Shown here piece by piece: positions 8,131 through 17,406 of a DNA stretch of 43,314 nt; the stretch's first letter is position 1; each line of letters starts with the position of its first letter. The position numbers and the translations under genes are program-made. Below the pieces are notes generated by a model that saw nothing but the letters and a program-made list of their open reading frames with translations, was not told the origin of the DNA and ran no database searches. The stretch comes from an uncultured bacterium (lineage in GTDB: Bacteria > Cyanobacteriota > Cyanobacteriia > Thermostichales > Thermostichaceae), in NCBI GenBank assembly GCA_964429885.1, contig CAYSEO010000002.1, positions 17,072 to 60,385 of the forward strand. Reading direction: 5' to 3'.

Positions 8131-9450
8131 ATGAGTGAGGAACGAAATCTTGGCATCTTTTCCATCGCGGCCCTGTTGGTCTCGATCCATTACGGCATGG
8201 GCTTCATGTTGGGGACAGCGGAGAAAGCCTTTAGTCAGGGGCTAGCAGGGAGTTTGTACGCTCTCTCCATCAGTGGGGGGACGTTGGCATTATTGGGGGT
8301 GAGTCAGTTCTATTGGCGTGAGATCGACCAGATCTGGACGTTGTTTGGACAGCAGTATGGTGAGGGATCGAAGCGATTAGTGGGGGTAATGTCGTGGCTT
8401 TCCCTGATCGGGATTGGGGCGGCGCAGCTGATCTCAGGTTTGTTTATCTTGCGGGCATTACATTTACCTGTGATCCCTGGTTTGATCACGTTAACGATAG
8501 TTTGTGGGATCTTATCATTGTTGCCGGTGGAGAAGGCCAGTTGGATCTTTAGAGGGCTATTGCTGGTTAATATGGGTGTCCTCTTATATGGGGTTTGGCT
8601 GCTGCATGGGATGCCCGCCTATGTCCAAAGTCCGCTGGAGTTTTGGCCTGCTTTAGAACAGCTGGATAGGGTCAAGATCGTTGGGATCTCTCTACCTACT
8701 ATCCTATTGATCTCCATCGATATGCGCTGTCAACAGGTGGTGATTAAAGCGAAGGATCACCGCAGTTTATGGTGGGGCTGTGTGCTAGCGGCAGGGATCT
8801 TTGTCATGTTGGCGCTATTGCCCTCGGCCTTGATGGGAGCGGCTCAGGAGGCGGGGATCCTGCCTGCAGAAGTAGGTGGAAAGGAAGCCTTATTGTATAT
8901 CTTGGCCTGGATCGGGGGTGGTGGAGATCGACCCTTGGGGATCGGGTTGGTGGCGGTGTTGTTGGTGCCTGCCTTGGGGGCTGGTAGTGGGGTCTTGAGA
9001 ACTCAGACGAAGGCGGCCATGGATTTTGTACGGTTTCTACCCAGTGCCCAAGCTAATCGCCTTTTATTTACCGGGATCAATGCCAGCTTATGTCTGGCTC
9101 TCGCACTCAAAGGGAGTGAGATCGTGGATCTGATCGTTTGTTTCTATGCGGTCTATGTGGGGGCAGTTTGGGTGCCCTTCCTGGCCTATTGGGCGCAGCG
9201 AACCAGACGATATCCCTTTGCAGATTCCAGTGTCAGACGATCTTTGATTGCAGGCAGCTTGGCGGCCACATCGGGACTGCTGATCACCCTGAGCTCTCCG
9301 GATTGGCGACTTTGGCATAGCGATGTTTTGACGGTCTTGATCATGGGAAGTAGCGTCGGGATCCTGTGTTTATTGATCAATCAAGGGCTGGTGTTTCTGC
9401 AGTCTGCCACTGAAGCGGATGAGGCGATCCAGGAGGAGGGTTTATCCTGA
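8131..9450 (+). CDS. polytopic membrane transporter (sodium:solute-symporter-like; function uncertain)
   Basis: About 12 hydrophobic segments. I favour ATG at 8131 (MSEERNLGIFSIAALL) over the ORF-track start 8065, which abuts the lpxD stop. Confidence 0.6.
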   Translation: MSEERNLGIFSIAALLVSIHYGMGFMLGTAEKAFSQGLAGSLYALSISGGTLALLGVSQFYWREIDQIWTLFGQQYGEGSKRLVGVMSWLSLIGIGAAQLISGLFILRALHLPVIPGLITLTIVCGILSLLPVEKASWIFRGLLLVNMGVLLYGVWLLHGMPAYVQSPLEFWPALEQLDRVKIVGISLPTILLISIDMRCQQVVIKAKDHRSLWWGCVLAAGIFVMLALLPSALMGAAQEAGILPAEVGGKEALLYILAWIGGGGDRPLGIGLVAVLLVPALGAGSGVLRTQTKAAMDFVRFLPSAQANRLLFTGINASLCLALALKGSEIVDLIVCFYAVYVGAVWVPFLAYWAQRTRRYPFADSSVRRSLIAGSLAATSGLLITLSSPDWRLWHSDVLTVLIMGSSVGILCLLINQGLVFLQSATEADEAIQEEGLS

Positions 9451-9464
9451 GAGCGATAGATCCC

Positions 9465-10118
9465 TCAGGCATACTTAGCGATCTGTTCCTGTAGCCAGCG
9501 ATTAGCACCCTGGTTGCCCTCTTCCAGAGTATGGATCAGGGCTCCCTCTAGGACGGCAACGGGTAAGCCCAGTAGAGCGGCTGAGATCTCTGTAGGGTAA
9601 TAGCGCCCATCAGTACTGAGTTGAACGATAGAGGCTCGTAGACTGCCCAGATCAATGACCCAATATTCTTTTAAACCCAAGGCTGAATAGAGCTTTTTCT
9701 TGCCCAGATCTGAGATCAAAACATCATCCAATACCTCGACGATTAGATCTGGGGTACGATGCTGATTGAGATTCAGAGTAGTCTGACGATCTCGTTTCCA
9801 TTGCACGGCAGGATCCCCAATATAAACGACTTGATCAGGACAGGCCGCTTGTTGGTTGGGTTTCTCCAGATGACAGCGACGGTAGGCATTGAAACTCTGA
9901 TCTCGCCGGGTAAACCATTGGAAAAATAGACTGGGGAAGAGATCGTTGATCCGCACACAATTGAGACTCTGGGGGATCCGGTCGATCAGTAAATAACCCC
10001 GATGGAAGAAGAGTCTGGGATCCAAGTCTGGTAGATCTCGGATGCTCTCATAGGCATCCCAGGAGGCAGGTTGCCAGGTGGGTTGAAAGTTTGAGTCTGT
10101 AGGAATGGGAGCAGTCAT
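9465..10118 (-). CDS. Uma2-family (DUF820) putative endonuclease
   Basis: C-terminal PDLIVEVL...KKKLYSALGLKEYWVIDL pattern typical of the Uma2 restriction-endonuclease-like fold. Confidence 0.75.
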   Translation of the reverse strand: MTAPIPTDSNFQPTWQPASWDAYESIRDLPDLDPRLFFHRGYLLIDRIPQSLNCVRINDLFPSLFFQWFTRRDQSFNAYRRCHLEKPNQQAACPDQVVYIGDPAVQWKRDRQTTLNLNQHRTPDLIVEVLDDVLISDLGKKKLYSALGLKEYWVIDLGSLRASIVQLSTDGRYYPTEISAALLGLPVAVLEGALIHTLEEGNQGANRWLQEQIAKYA

Positions 10119-10120
10119 CT

Positions 10121-10690
10121 CTAGATCCAGACGAAGATCTCCTCCACTAAAGCACTAAACCCTGGCAGCAGAGGAGAGGTAAGGGTATCCCCTCCGATCA
10201 ACGTACTCTCTAACTGTAATTGAGCCTGGTGACGACGATAGATCTGTACCGTTTGTTGTTGCCAATTGACGATCCAATATTCCTGTACTCCCTGGCGAGA
10301 ATATAGCTTTAACTTGATCTCCTTATCCCGCTGCTCGTTCTGTTCTCCTGGAGAGAGGATCTCGATCACCAGATCTGGGGCCACCGTGAGATGACCTGCA
10401 GCATCCAATCCCTGCTCCAAAAGCTCTCGCCGGATCCAGATCACATCCGGGATCACGGCATCGTGGGGGCCGAGAATAAGGCCAGGGGTCTGAAAGGTTC
10501 TGCCCAGTTCGGTCTGATCTGACCAGCGTTCCAGGGACAAGCTCAGCCGCATGGCCACGCTTTGGTGACGTAAATGAGGAGATCGAGTCACGAACAGCTC
10601 TCCGTCAACGATCTCATACCGTTTCCAGCCGCCATCATCTGGCATCGCCTCCAGATCTCGGGTTGTCCAGCGTAGGGAAGGAGCCACCAT
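10121..10690 (-). CDS. Uma2-family (DUF820) putative endonuclease
   Basis: RYEIVDGELFVTRSPHLRHQ...PDLVIEILSPGEQNEQRDKEIKLKLYSRQGVQEYWIVN is the canonical Uma2 motif set. It lies 2 nt from the downstream paralog. Confidence 0.85.
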   Translation of the reverse strand: MVAPSLRWTTRDLEAMPDDGGWKRYEIVDGELFVTRSPHLRHQSVAMRLSLSLERWSDQTELGRTFQTPGLILGPHDAVIPDVIWIRRELLEQGLDAAGHLTVAPDLVIEILSPGEQNEQRDKEIKLKLYSRQGVQEYWIVNWQQQTVQIYRRHQAQLQLESTLIGGDTLTSPLLPGFSALVEEIFVWI

Positions 10691-10735
10691 GGGATTGAGC
10701 TCAAACAGGAAGTTAACTTGAGGCTATTCTAATGA

Positions 10736-12490
10736 TCAATAGCGATCAACGTCCAGGATCTGAACCTGATGCATACCCCTTACTGAGTTGAATAGGCAAA
10801 CTGCTGAGCTGTGGATCGCTTCTTCTCGGGTAACGATCCCTTCGTGTATCTTTTTTTGATCCAGTAACCAAGCTCGATAAGTCCCAGGCAATAGCCCACA
10901 GTGAACTGGAGGGGTCACCCAGGTCTCATTGATCCAAAAGGCTACATTGGCTATGGTGGATTCTGTGATCTGTCCAGCCTGATTGAATAGCAATACATCC
11001 CCAGGTCCCTGAGCTTGATGGATGGCTTGATCATAGACCTGACGATGGGTCGTTTTATGGTACAAGAACAGGTTCTGTTGATCGATAGGATGTCGCGCCA
11101 GAGGTAGATCCTGAAACCTGAGTTGACTGGGATCGATCGGTCTCGCCTCACAGTCCACATGACCTGATCGGTTGATCTGAAGTCGAACTCGATGGGGTTT
11201 ATGAAGGAACTTCTGGGTTTGTTGGTCTAAAACTTGGATCACACGATCAAGATCGATAGAAAAGGAGAAATACTGAGCGGATTGAGATAATCTTTTGAGA
11301 TGGTAGTCCAACAACATAAAACCCTGATCGGGATCCCACAACAGTGTCTCTATGAGATCAAAGTGATCCTGACGAGGGGCTAGAATCCGCGCTTTTGCCT
11401 GACATTCCTGAAGCTCCAGATCGGGCTGAGATTCCCAGACGATCCCGCCTCCCACCCCATATTCTGTTTCCCCAGTTCCTGTGTTTATGAGGAGAGTCCG
11501 GATGGCAACATTAAACTGGGCCTGACGGCGAGGTGCGACATAACCGATCGTGCCAGTGTAGATACGACGTGGGGATCGTTCCAGTTGTCGAATAATCTCC
11601 ATGCTGCGCCGTTTTGGGGCTCCTGTGATCGAGGCTGCGGGGAACAAGGCTGTCAGGATCTGATCTAAAGAAGCTTGAGTTTGAGCCTGGACTGTGGAGG
11701 TTATCTGCCAGACTGTCGGATATTGTTCTGCTGTCAATAGAGAGGGTACCTGAACTGATCCCACCCGCGCGATCCGGCCTAAATCATTGCGAACCATATC
11801 CGTGATCATGATATTCTCCGCCCTCTCCTTTTCGGAGTTGAGTAAAGACTTGAGCTGCTGTTGATCGTCCTCAAATCCCAATCCTCGGGCCGCTGTCCCC
11901 TTCATGGGTTGAGACTCGATCCGATCCCCATTGAGACGAAAGAATAGCTCCGGGGAGGCACAGCAGATCCCCCAGTCTCCTGTATGAATATAAGCTCCAT
12001 AGGGAGATCCCTGATCCCCCATAAGCTCCAAGAAGATCAGCCAGGGATCCGTAGTTGTTTCTGAACGATACCGATAGGTGAAGTTAACTTGATATGTCTC
12101 CCCTTGATGGATGTAGGAGTGGATCTGAGCGAGACAATGGTGATATTCTTGAGCTGAAAGAGAGGATCGCCAAGTGAGCGGTAAGGAATTCGTCGATTGA
12201 GTGGGAAGCTCTGTGATCTGCTGGGGAGAGTTGAAGATCCCAAACCACAATAGCGGGAACCCATTAGATCCTTGAGTTATCAAGCAAGGATCAAAAGCAG
12301 ATGCCGCCTCATAAGCCAGAAACCCTGCTGCCCAGTATCCGTCTATCTGCGTGAGCTGATCCACCTGTTGCACCAAGGGTAGGACCTGATCGATTTGATC
12401 GGTGGTCAGGATCTGAATGGGCTTGGAGAAGAGTAACCAACGGGCTTGGTGGGGATCTCGCAGGGCAATCTGAGGCGGGAATTCGATCAT
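10736..12490 (-). CDS. pabB: bifunctional aminodeoxychorismate synthase component I / aminodeoxychorismate lyase (PabB-PabC fusion)
   Basis: Chorismate-binding motifs (PMKGTAARG, FPAASITGAPKRRSMEII, GGGIVWES), followed by a class-IV aminotransferase-like C-terminal part of about 200 aa (LLDYHLKRL...ANVAFWINETWVTPPVHCGLLPGTYR). Confidence 0.85.
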   Translation of the reverse strand: MIEFPPQIALRDPHQARWLLFSKPIQILTTDQIDQVLPLVQQVDQLTQIDGYWAAGFLAYEAASAFDPCLITQGSNGFPLLWFGIFNSPQQITELPTQSTNSLPLTWRSSLSAQEYHHCLAQIHSYIHQGETYQVNFTYRYRSETTTDPWLIFLELMGDQGSPYGAYIHTGDWGICCASPELFFRLNGDRIESQPMKGTAARGLGFEDDQQQLKSLLNSEKERAENIMITDMVRNDLGRIARVGSVQVPSLLTAEQYPTVWQITSTVQAQTQASLDQILTALFPAASITGAPKRRSMEIIRQLERSPRRIYTGTIGYVAPRRQAQFNVAIRTLLINTGTGETEYGVGGGIVWESQPDLELQECQAKARILAPRQDHFDLIETLLWDPDQGFMLLDYHLKRLSQSAQYFSFSIDLDRVIQVLDQQTQKFLHKPHRVRLQINRSGHVDCEARPIDPSQLRFQDLPLARHPIDQQNLFLYHKTTHRQVYDQAIHQAQGPGDVLLFNQAGQITESTIANVAFWINETWVTPPVHCGLLPGTYRAWLLDQKKIHEGIVTREEAIHSSAVCLFNSVRGMHQVQILDVDRY

Positions 12491-12494
12491 TGGC

Positions 12495-14267
12495 TCAGCG
12501 ATTGGGATCGGCTAGGTTTCTAAACTGAGTAAACTGATTCTCAAACAGGAGCTTGACCGTACCGATGGGGCCATTACGATGTTTGGCGATGATCACCTCG
12601 GCGATCCCCCGTTCATTAGTATTGGGATCGTAATACTCCGGTCGGTAGAGCATCATCACGATATCCGCATCCTGTTCGATACTGTTATGGACCAGGATCT
12701 TATTGGCGACAAAGTTGTGGTGGCGAGGCATCTCGATGTCATACACCTCCACAGGCTCTGAGGGATCACTGATGGATTGGATCGGATCCCAGATCAGCTC
12801 ATCTTGGATCGCCAGAGCGATCTCCTCATCCAATTGTAGATCGTCCAAAGATTTCCAGCCGGATCGGGTAAAGAAGGGATGGTTGCCGGTGGCCTGGATC
12901 TCATGTCTGAGCCGAGTGGTGAGGGTATAAACGGACTTGCTGCCATTGGAAAACACCTTGACGGGTTGTTGCGGCACCAATCGTCCCCGAGCATTCAAAC
13001 TCATCAATCGGGGTAAAGATCGACTGGCGGTATTGAGCAATTGCACCAGCGTCCAGGTCTTACCCGTGTCCACATCCAACACTGTGGTATCTCCAACCAA
13101 ACAGCCGGATTCCCTCAGATCTGACAATTGAGGGCGCTTATCAGAACGGGATTCCACAGCCCGACTCAGCTGAGAAAGCACCACCACCGGGGCAGAGAGC
13201 TCCTTAGCTAATCCTTTGAGCCCACGGGACATGCGGGACAGCTCCTGAACACGGTTGTCTGAGGTGGAACCCTGCATCAACTGCAGATAGTCGATCAAGA
13301 TCATGCCCAAAACCCCTCCGGATTCGGCTTGCAGACGACGGGCTTTGGAGCGGATCTCAGTCACATTACAATTGGGGGTATCGTCAATGTAGATCGGGGT
13401 CTGGGCCAGATAGCCAAACGCCTGACTCAAACGCTGCCATTCATTCTCACTGATCCGACCGGAGCGGAGCCGATTGCTTTCGATCCGAGCCTCACTGGCT
13501 AACATCCGCTGTACCAATTGTTCCCGCGACATCTCCAGGCTAAACACCGCCACGGGTAATCGTGAATAGGCCGCCACATTGCGGGCCACATTCAAAGAGA
13601 AACTGGTCTTACCCATAGAGGGCCGACCCGCAATAATGATCAGATCAGAGGGCTGCAGACCCTGGGTAATGTTGTCCAGATCGATAAACTTGGTGGGGAT
13701 CCCTGGTAGATCGGAATCCCCCTGAAACTTCTCCTCCAGATCGGAAAAGATGTTCAGTAAGATCTCCGAGGCTGGCATCAGTGCCCGTTGGATCCGTTCC
13801 TGGGTGATACCAAAGATCTCCTGCTCGATCTGATCCATGATCTGGGGGATCGGCTGGCTGGTGTCGTAGGCAAACTTGGCAATGGAGTTGCTGGCCTCGA
13901 TCAGCTTGCGGCGGGTGTACTTATCCAGCACCAGCTTGGCATACTGATCGATATTGATGCTACTGACGGTTTGATCCAAGAGCCGCCGGATGGACCCCGG
14001 TCCCCCTACCTTATCCAGCCGACCGTGATCATCTAGGTGCGCCGTCACCGTCATCAGATCCGTGGGCTGCCCCTGACTGTGGAGCAACAGGGCCGCTCGA
14101 TAGATCTCCTGATGGGCCGTGATGTAGAACGCCTCCGGTCGCAACAGCTCCGCCACCCGAGTTAAGGCGTCCGGGTCCAAGAGGATCCCCCCTAAGATCT
14201 CCTCCTCTGCCTCGATATTTTGTGGGGGTAGCCGGTCGCCACCCGTCAGATCGTAATCATTGGCCAC
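12495..14267 (-). CDS. dnaB: replicative DNA helicase DnaB, containing a mini-intein
   Basis: PPQNIEAEEEILGGILLDP N-terminus, Walker A AGRPSMGKTSF, Walker B MILIDYLQLM. At 590 aa it is about 140 aa longer than a typical DnaB because of the insertion between RESG and SIEQDADIV. Confidence 0.95.
   Translation of the reverse strand: MANDYDLTGGDRLPPQNIEAEEEILGGILLDPDALTRVAELLRPEAFYITAHQEIYRAALLLHSQGQPTDLMTVTAHLDDHGRLDKVGGPGSIRRLLDQTVSSINIDQYAKLVLDKYTRRKLIEASNSIAKFAYDTSQPIPQIMDQIEQEIFGITQERIQRALMPASEILLNIFSDLEEKFQGDSDLPGIPTKFIDLDNITQGLQPSDLIIIAGRPSMGKTSFSLNVARNVAAYSRLPVAVFSLEMSREQLVQRMLASEARIESNRLRSGRISENEWQRLSQAFGYLAQTPIYIDDTPNCNVTEIRSKARRLQAESGGVLGMILIDYLQLMQGSTSDNRVQELSRMSRGLKGLAKELSAPVVVLSQLSRAVESRSDKRPQLSDLRESGCLVGDTTVLDVDTGKTWTLVQLLNTASRSLPRLMSLNARGRLVPQQPVKVFSNGSKSVYTLTTRLRHEIQATGNHPFFTRSGWKSLDDLQLDEEIALAIQDELIWDPIQSISDPSEPVEVYDIEMPRHHNFVANKILVHNSIEQDADIVMMLYRPEYYDPNTNERGIAEVIIAKHRNGPIGTVKLLFENQFTQFRNLADPNR
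12684..13103 (-). mobile_element. DnaB mini-intein (140 aa, no homing-endonuclease domain)
   Basis: Starts with Cys (TGT; ACA on + strand at 13101..13103) in CLVGDTTVL (block A). Block B ATGNHPFFT, block F VYDIEMPRHHNFVAN, block G ILVHN, then +1 Ser (SIEQDAD). Only about 40 residues lie between blocks B and F. Confidence 0.9.
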
Positions 14268-14299
14268 GGACTTGCTCCCGGCGATGATCTATGGATGAT

Positions 14300-14767
14300 C
14301 TATTCAGGCGAGACCTGGATCCGCAGCGTTGCGGTGACCTCGGGATGCAGGCGGACCTCCACAGGATACACCCCGGTCTTCTTCACCTCATCTTGCAGGG
14401 TGATGTTGCGCTTGTCGATGTCCAAACCACTGGTGGACAGGATCACCTCAGCGATGTTGTCAGAGGTCACTGTCCCGAACAGGGTCTCCTCATCCTCACC
14501 CACGGTCTTACGCACCACAAACCGACCAATGGTCTCCAGGGCGGTCTTGTAGGACTCAGCCTGCTGTTTCTCCGCGATCTTACGGGCGGCCTCCTGCTCC
14601 TCCCGCATCTTCTGCTCCTTGAGGATGCCTGGGGTGACCCGAGTGGCCATCTGGCGCGGAAACAGGTAGTTGCGGGCATATCCCGGCTTGACGCCCACCA
14701 CCTCACCCGGCTTACCCAGGTTGGGCACTTCCTCTCGTAGCAGCACCTGCATGTTGCGCTTGACCAT
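14300..14767 (-). CDS. rplI: 50S ribosomal protein L9
   Basis: MQVLLREEVPNLGKPGEVVGVKPGYARNYLFPRQMA is the L9 N-domain signature. The rplI-dnaB adjacency is also typical. Confidence 0.93.
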   Translation of the reverse strand: MVKRNMQVLLREEVPNLGKPGEVVGVKPGYARNYLFPRQMATRVTPGILKEQKMREEQEAARKIAEKQQAESYKTALETIGRFVVRKTVGEDEETLFGTVTSDNIAEVILSTSGLDIDKRNITLQDEVKKTGVYPVEVRLHPEVTATLRIQVSPE

Positions 14768-14920
14768 CCGATCCCCCTCGCTTACGACGTCGTTAACCTT
14801 TATTAGCAGCCCACTATTCTAGAGGATCAGACCCCTCCCTGGCCAGACCTATGCCCGTTCCCACCCTCTATGAAGGATTGCAAGGGATCATGACAAAGAT
14901 CGGCAACAACAGGACCCGCT

Positions 14921-14950
14921 CTTGATTCATCAAGAATTCTTGATTTAAGG
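14921..14950. promoter_or_regulatory. candidate operator: three CTTGAT/ATCAAG half-sites upstream of the pstS-like gene
   Basis: CTTGATTCATCAAGAATTCTTGATTTAAGG lies 45-74 nt upstream of ATG 14995. It contains a CTTGAT-TC-ATCAAG inverted repeat plus a third direct CTTGAT. Confidence 0.3.
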
Positions 14951-14994
14951 TCAGAGGGGGAATCAAATGATCCCAAGCAAGGAAGGAGGAGCCG

Positions 14995-15999
14995 ATGAGA
15001 GTGGATCAGAGCAGGAGCGGGGTGGCCAGGATCTTGCTGAGTGCGATGCTGGCAGCCTGTGGGGGATCGACCCCGCAGCAGGTGGCTCCGATCGAGATCG
15101 ATGGTTCCAGTACGGTCTATCCGATCACGGTGGCGGTGGTGGAGGCTTTTCAACAGAGCCAATCTCCTGAGGCGGAGATCTCCGTCAGCTTCTCTGGGAC
15201 TGGGGGCGGGTTCGAGAAATTCTGTGCTGGAGAGACTCAGATCAATGATGCCTCTCGCCCGATCCTGTTGGAGGAGGTGGAGGCCTGTAAGCAGGCAGGG
15301 GTGCCCTTTATTGAGCTGCCCATTGCCTATGATGCCCTGACGGTGGTGGTTAATCCGGAGAACGATTGGGTGGATCACCTGACGGTGGATGAGCTGCGGC
15401 AGATCTGGAGCAGTCGCTCTCAACGGCGGATCACAGACTGGGATCAGATTCGCTCGGAGTGGCCGGATGAGCCTTTGGAATTGTATGGACCAGGGGCGGA
15501 TTCCGGGACCTTTGATTACTTTATCGAAGCGATCGAGGCAAGGCGCAGCCGCAGTGATTATGTGGCCAGTGAGGATGACGAGGTGATCGCCCAGGGGGTG
15601 ATCCGAGAGCCCAATGGTTTAGGATACTTTGGGTTCGCCTACTACGAGGAGAATCAGGATCAACTGCGGGCGGTACCGATCGACAACGGTGAAGGTCCGA
15701 TCTTGCCTTCGCAGGAGACGGTAGAGGATGGCAGCTATCAGCCCTTATCTCGCCCCCTGTTCATTTACGTCAATCAGGATGCGGCTCTCAAGAACCCTTT
15801 GGTGGAGGAGTTTGTCGAGTTCTATTTGGAGGCGGCTCCAGGGGTGGCCCAGTCTGTGGGTTATGTACCACTGCCAGAGGAAGGTTACACCATCGCGGAG
15901 ATCACCCTGCAACAGGGAGAGGTGGGGACGGTGTTTGAGGGCAAGCCCCAGCCCAATCTGAGGATCGCTGATCTGTTGCGTAAGCGAGCTCAGTACTAA
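14995..15999 (+). CDS. pstS: PstS-family phosphate-binding periplasmic lipoprotein
   Basis: Signal peptide with lipobox (LLSAMLAAC-GG). IEIDGSSTVYPIT, SGTGGGFEKF and ASRPI motifs of PBP-like-2 phosphate-binding proteins. SD is GGAAGGAGGAG. Confidence 0.8.
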   Translation: MRVDQSRSGVARILLSAMLAACGGSTPQQVAPIEIDGSSTVYPITVAVVEAFQQSQSPEAEISVSFSGTGGGFEKFCAGETQINDASRPILLEEVEACKQAGVPFIELPIAYDALTVVVNPENDWVDHLTVDELRQIWSSRSQRRITDWDQIRSEWPDEPLELYGPGADSGTFDYFIEAIEARRSRSDYVASEDDEVIAQGVIREPNGLGYFGFAYYEENQDQLRAVPIDNGEGPILPSQETVEDGSYQPLSRPLFIYVNQDAALKNPLVEEFVEFYLEAAPGVAQSVGYVPLPEEGYTIAEITLQQGEVGTVFEGKPQPNLRIADLLRKRAQY

Positions 16000-16049
16000 C
16001 TTCAGCTCCGATCCCCTCCATCCACCCCGATCTCAGCCACTTCGAGTCT

Positions 16050-16742
16050 TTAGGAGGAATGAGCTGCCTGAGTCTCCGGAATCTGCACTTCTAGGATCAA
16101 ATTATGGACAGCAGCGTTGACGAATAGGGTGTTGCCTTGGGTGATCTGTTTACCTCCGTCGTAGTGCATGTGACCACAGAAGTAGTAACGGGGCTGGATC
16201 GCCTCCACTAAGGGCTTGAGGGTGGGGGTGCGGCGATGGTACCACTTACTTTTCTCATCCAAGATCCCACGGGGCGGGGCATGGGTGATCACCACATCCG
16301 CTTGGGTTTGACTATGGGTGGCCAGGATCTCCTTGAGACGAGAGGAGGTCAGGGTCCAGTTCCAGCCACAGGGCGGGGTCCAGGGCACCAGCAGCACCCG
16401 TAGTCCCAGTAAAGTGATCAAGGTGGTTTCCGTGGCGATGATCCCCTGCTCACCGGCCAAAGGCGCCAGTACCGAGGCGGAGGGATCATGATTGCCAGGG
16501 ACAAATATCCAGGGTTTACCCAGTTGATCCACTTGAGTCAGAAAGATCCTGAGTAAGTCCACCTCGTGCTTACCCTTGGGATGAAACCCCTGCTTGCCTG
16601 CCTGGGGTTGAGCCCCTGCCTGGGAGCAAAAGTCACCACAGTTGATGTACCAGTCGCAGCTTGGGATCTGTTCTAGAGCCCGCTCCAACAGATGGGGGGT
16701 ACAGTGGTAATCCGATCCGATCAGGACACGTAGGGATCTCAT
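16050..16742 (-). CDS. metallophosphoesterase (calcineurin-like)
   Basis: Motifs GSDYHC, CGDF, VPGNHD and CGHMHYD. I favour ATG at 16742 (MRSLRVLIGSDYH); the ORF track extends to 16868. Confidence 0.8.
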   Translation of the reverse strand: MRSLRVLIGSDYHCTPHLLERALEQIPSCDWYINCGDFCSQAGAQPQAGKQGFHPKGKHEVDLLRIFLTQVDQLGKPWIFVPGNHDPSASVLAPLAGEQGIIATETTLITLLGLRVLLVPWTPPCGWNWTLTSSRLKEILATHSQTQADVVITHAPPRGILDEKSKWYHRRTPTLKPLVEAIQPRYYFCGHMHYDGGKQITQGNTLFVNAAVHNLILEVQIPETQAAHSS

Positions 16743-16855
16743 GGCAGGGCCGGTGCAGTTCACCTCCATAGCTACTCTGTTAGTCCAGAGAGGATCAACC
16801 CACCACGGAGCCAGATCCGAGAGATGACTCGTCACCGAAGTGATGGGATGCTGCC

Positions 16856-17380
16856 ATGATATTGGCAAGCCGTCTCGCCCCAGATGTGATGACTACCACA
16901 CGTGCCTATGCTCTGCTCGTCCCTGTGCCCCATGTCCATCTGATCGCAGCACAACAGGTGTGTCAGCAACAGGGCAAAGTAGCCTTTGGCAGTCGTGAGA
17001 CCCGTCTATTCCGACATCTCGATCTCTCCCGCTATAAGGATGAGGTGGACATCTTCATCACCTCCCTCACCGGCGAACGCCCCATCGAGACCAGCATCAC
17101 CTGGCATGGGGTCTACATCGGTCATGTGCAGGCGGAGGGCAGTGGCACCCATCCCGACAAGGCCCGCTATCGACCCTATACGGACTACGAAAACGATCAC
17201 CCCGGTCGTTGGTGGCTATTCTGGGAGGTGCGGGATCTCCAGCCCATTTCTCCTCTACCGATCCAAACCCTGAAACGGTTCGATCAAAAGATCTCCTTCG
17301 ATCCCCACTTCATGCCCGAGAAACCCTTACTGATCGAGCATCCCTATCCTCGTCAGAAGTTACCGGTCTTTAATGTTTGA
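16856..17380 (+). CDS. hypothetical protein (174 aa)
   Basis: Long ORF with no recognised motif. An alternative ATG is at 16889. It is co-directional with, and abuts, the deacetylase gene. Confidence 0.5.
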   Translation: MILASRLAPDVMTTTRAYALLVPVPHVHLIAAQQVCQQQGKVAFGSRETRLFRHLDLSRYKDEVDIFITSLTGERPIETSITWHGVYIGHVQAEGSGTHPDKARYRPYTDYENDHPGRWWLFWEVRDLQPISPLPIQTLKRFDQKISFDPHFMPEKPLLIEHPYPRQKLPVFNV

Positions 17381-17406
17381 TCCCAAGTTCTGATCTGATC
17401 CTTGCC

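Noticed and set aside
14291-14740. 149-aa plus-strand ORF opposite rplI. The same reasoning applies to 18077..18781 opposite the WD40 gene, 21450..21929 opposite the GSMT gene, and 725..1063 and 1213..1527 within priA.
   Set aside because: All are shadow ORFs that overlap strongly supported genes. Their translations are compositionally biased and have no family resemblance.
14790-14830. Pho box (SphR/PhoB site) near GTTAACCT upstream of the pstS-like gene
   Set aside because: Only one octamer resembles the CTTAACCT consensus. The expected second and third repeats at 11-bp spacing are not recognisable.
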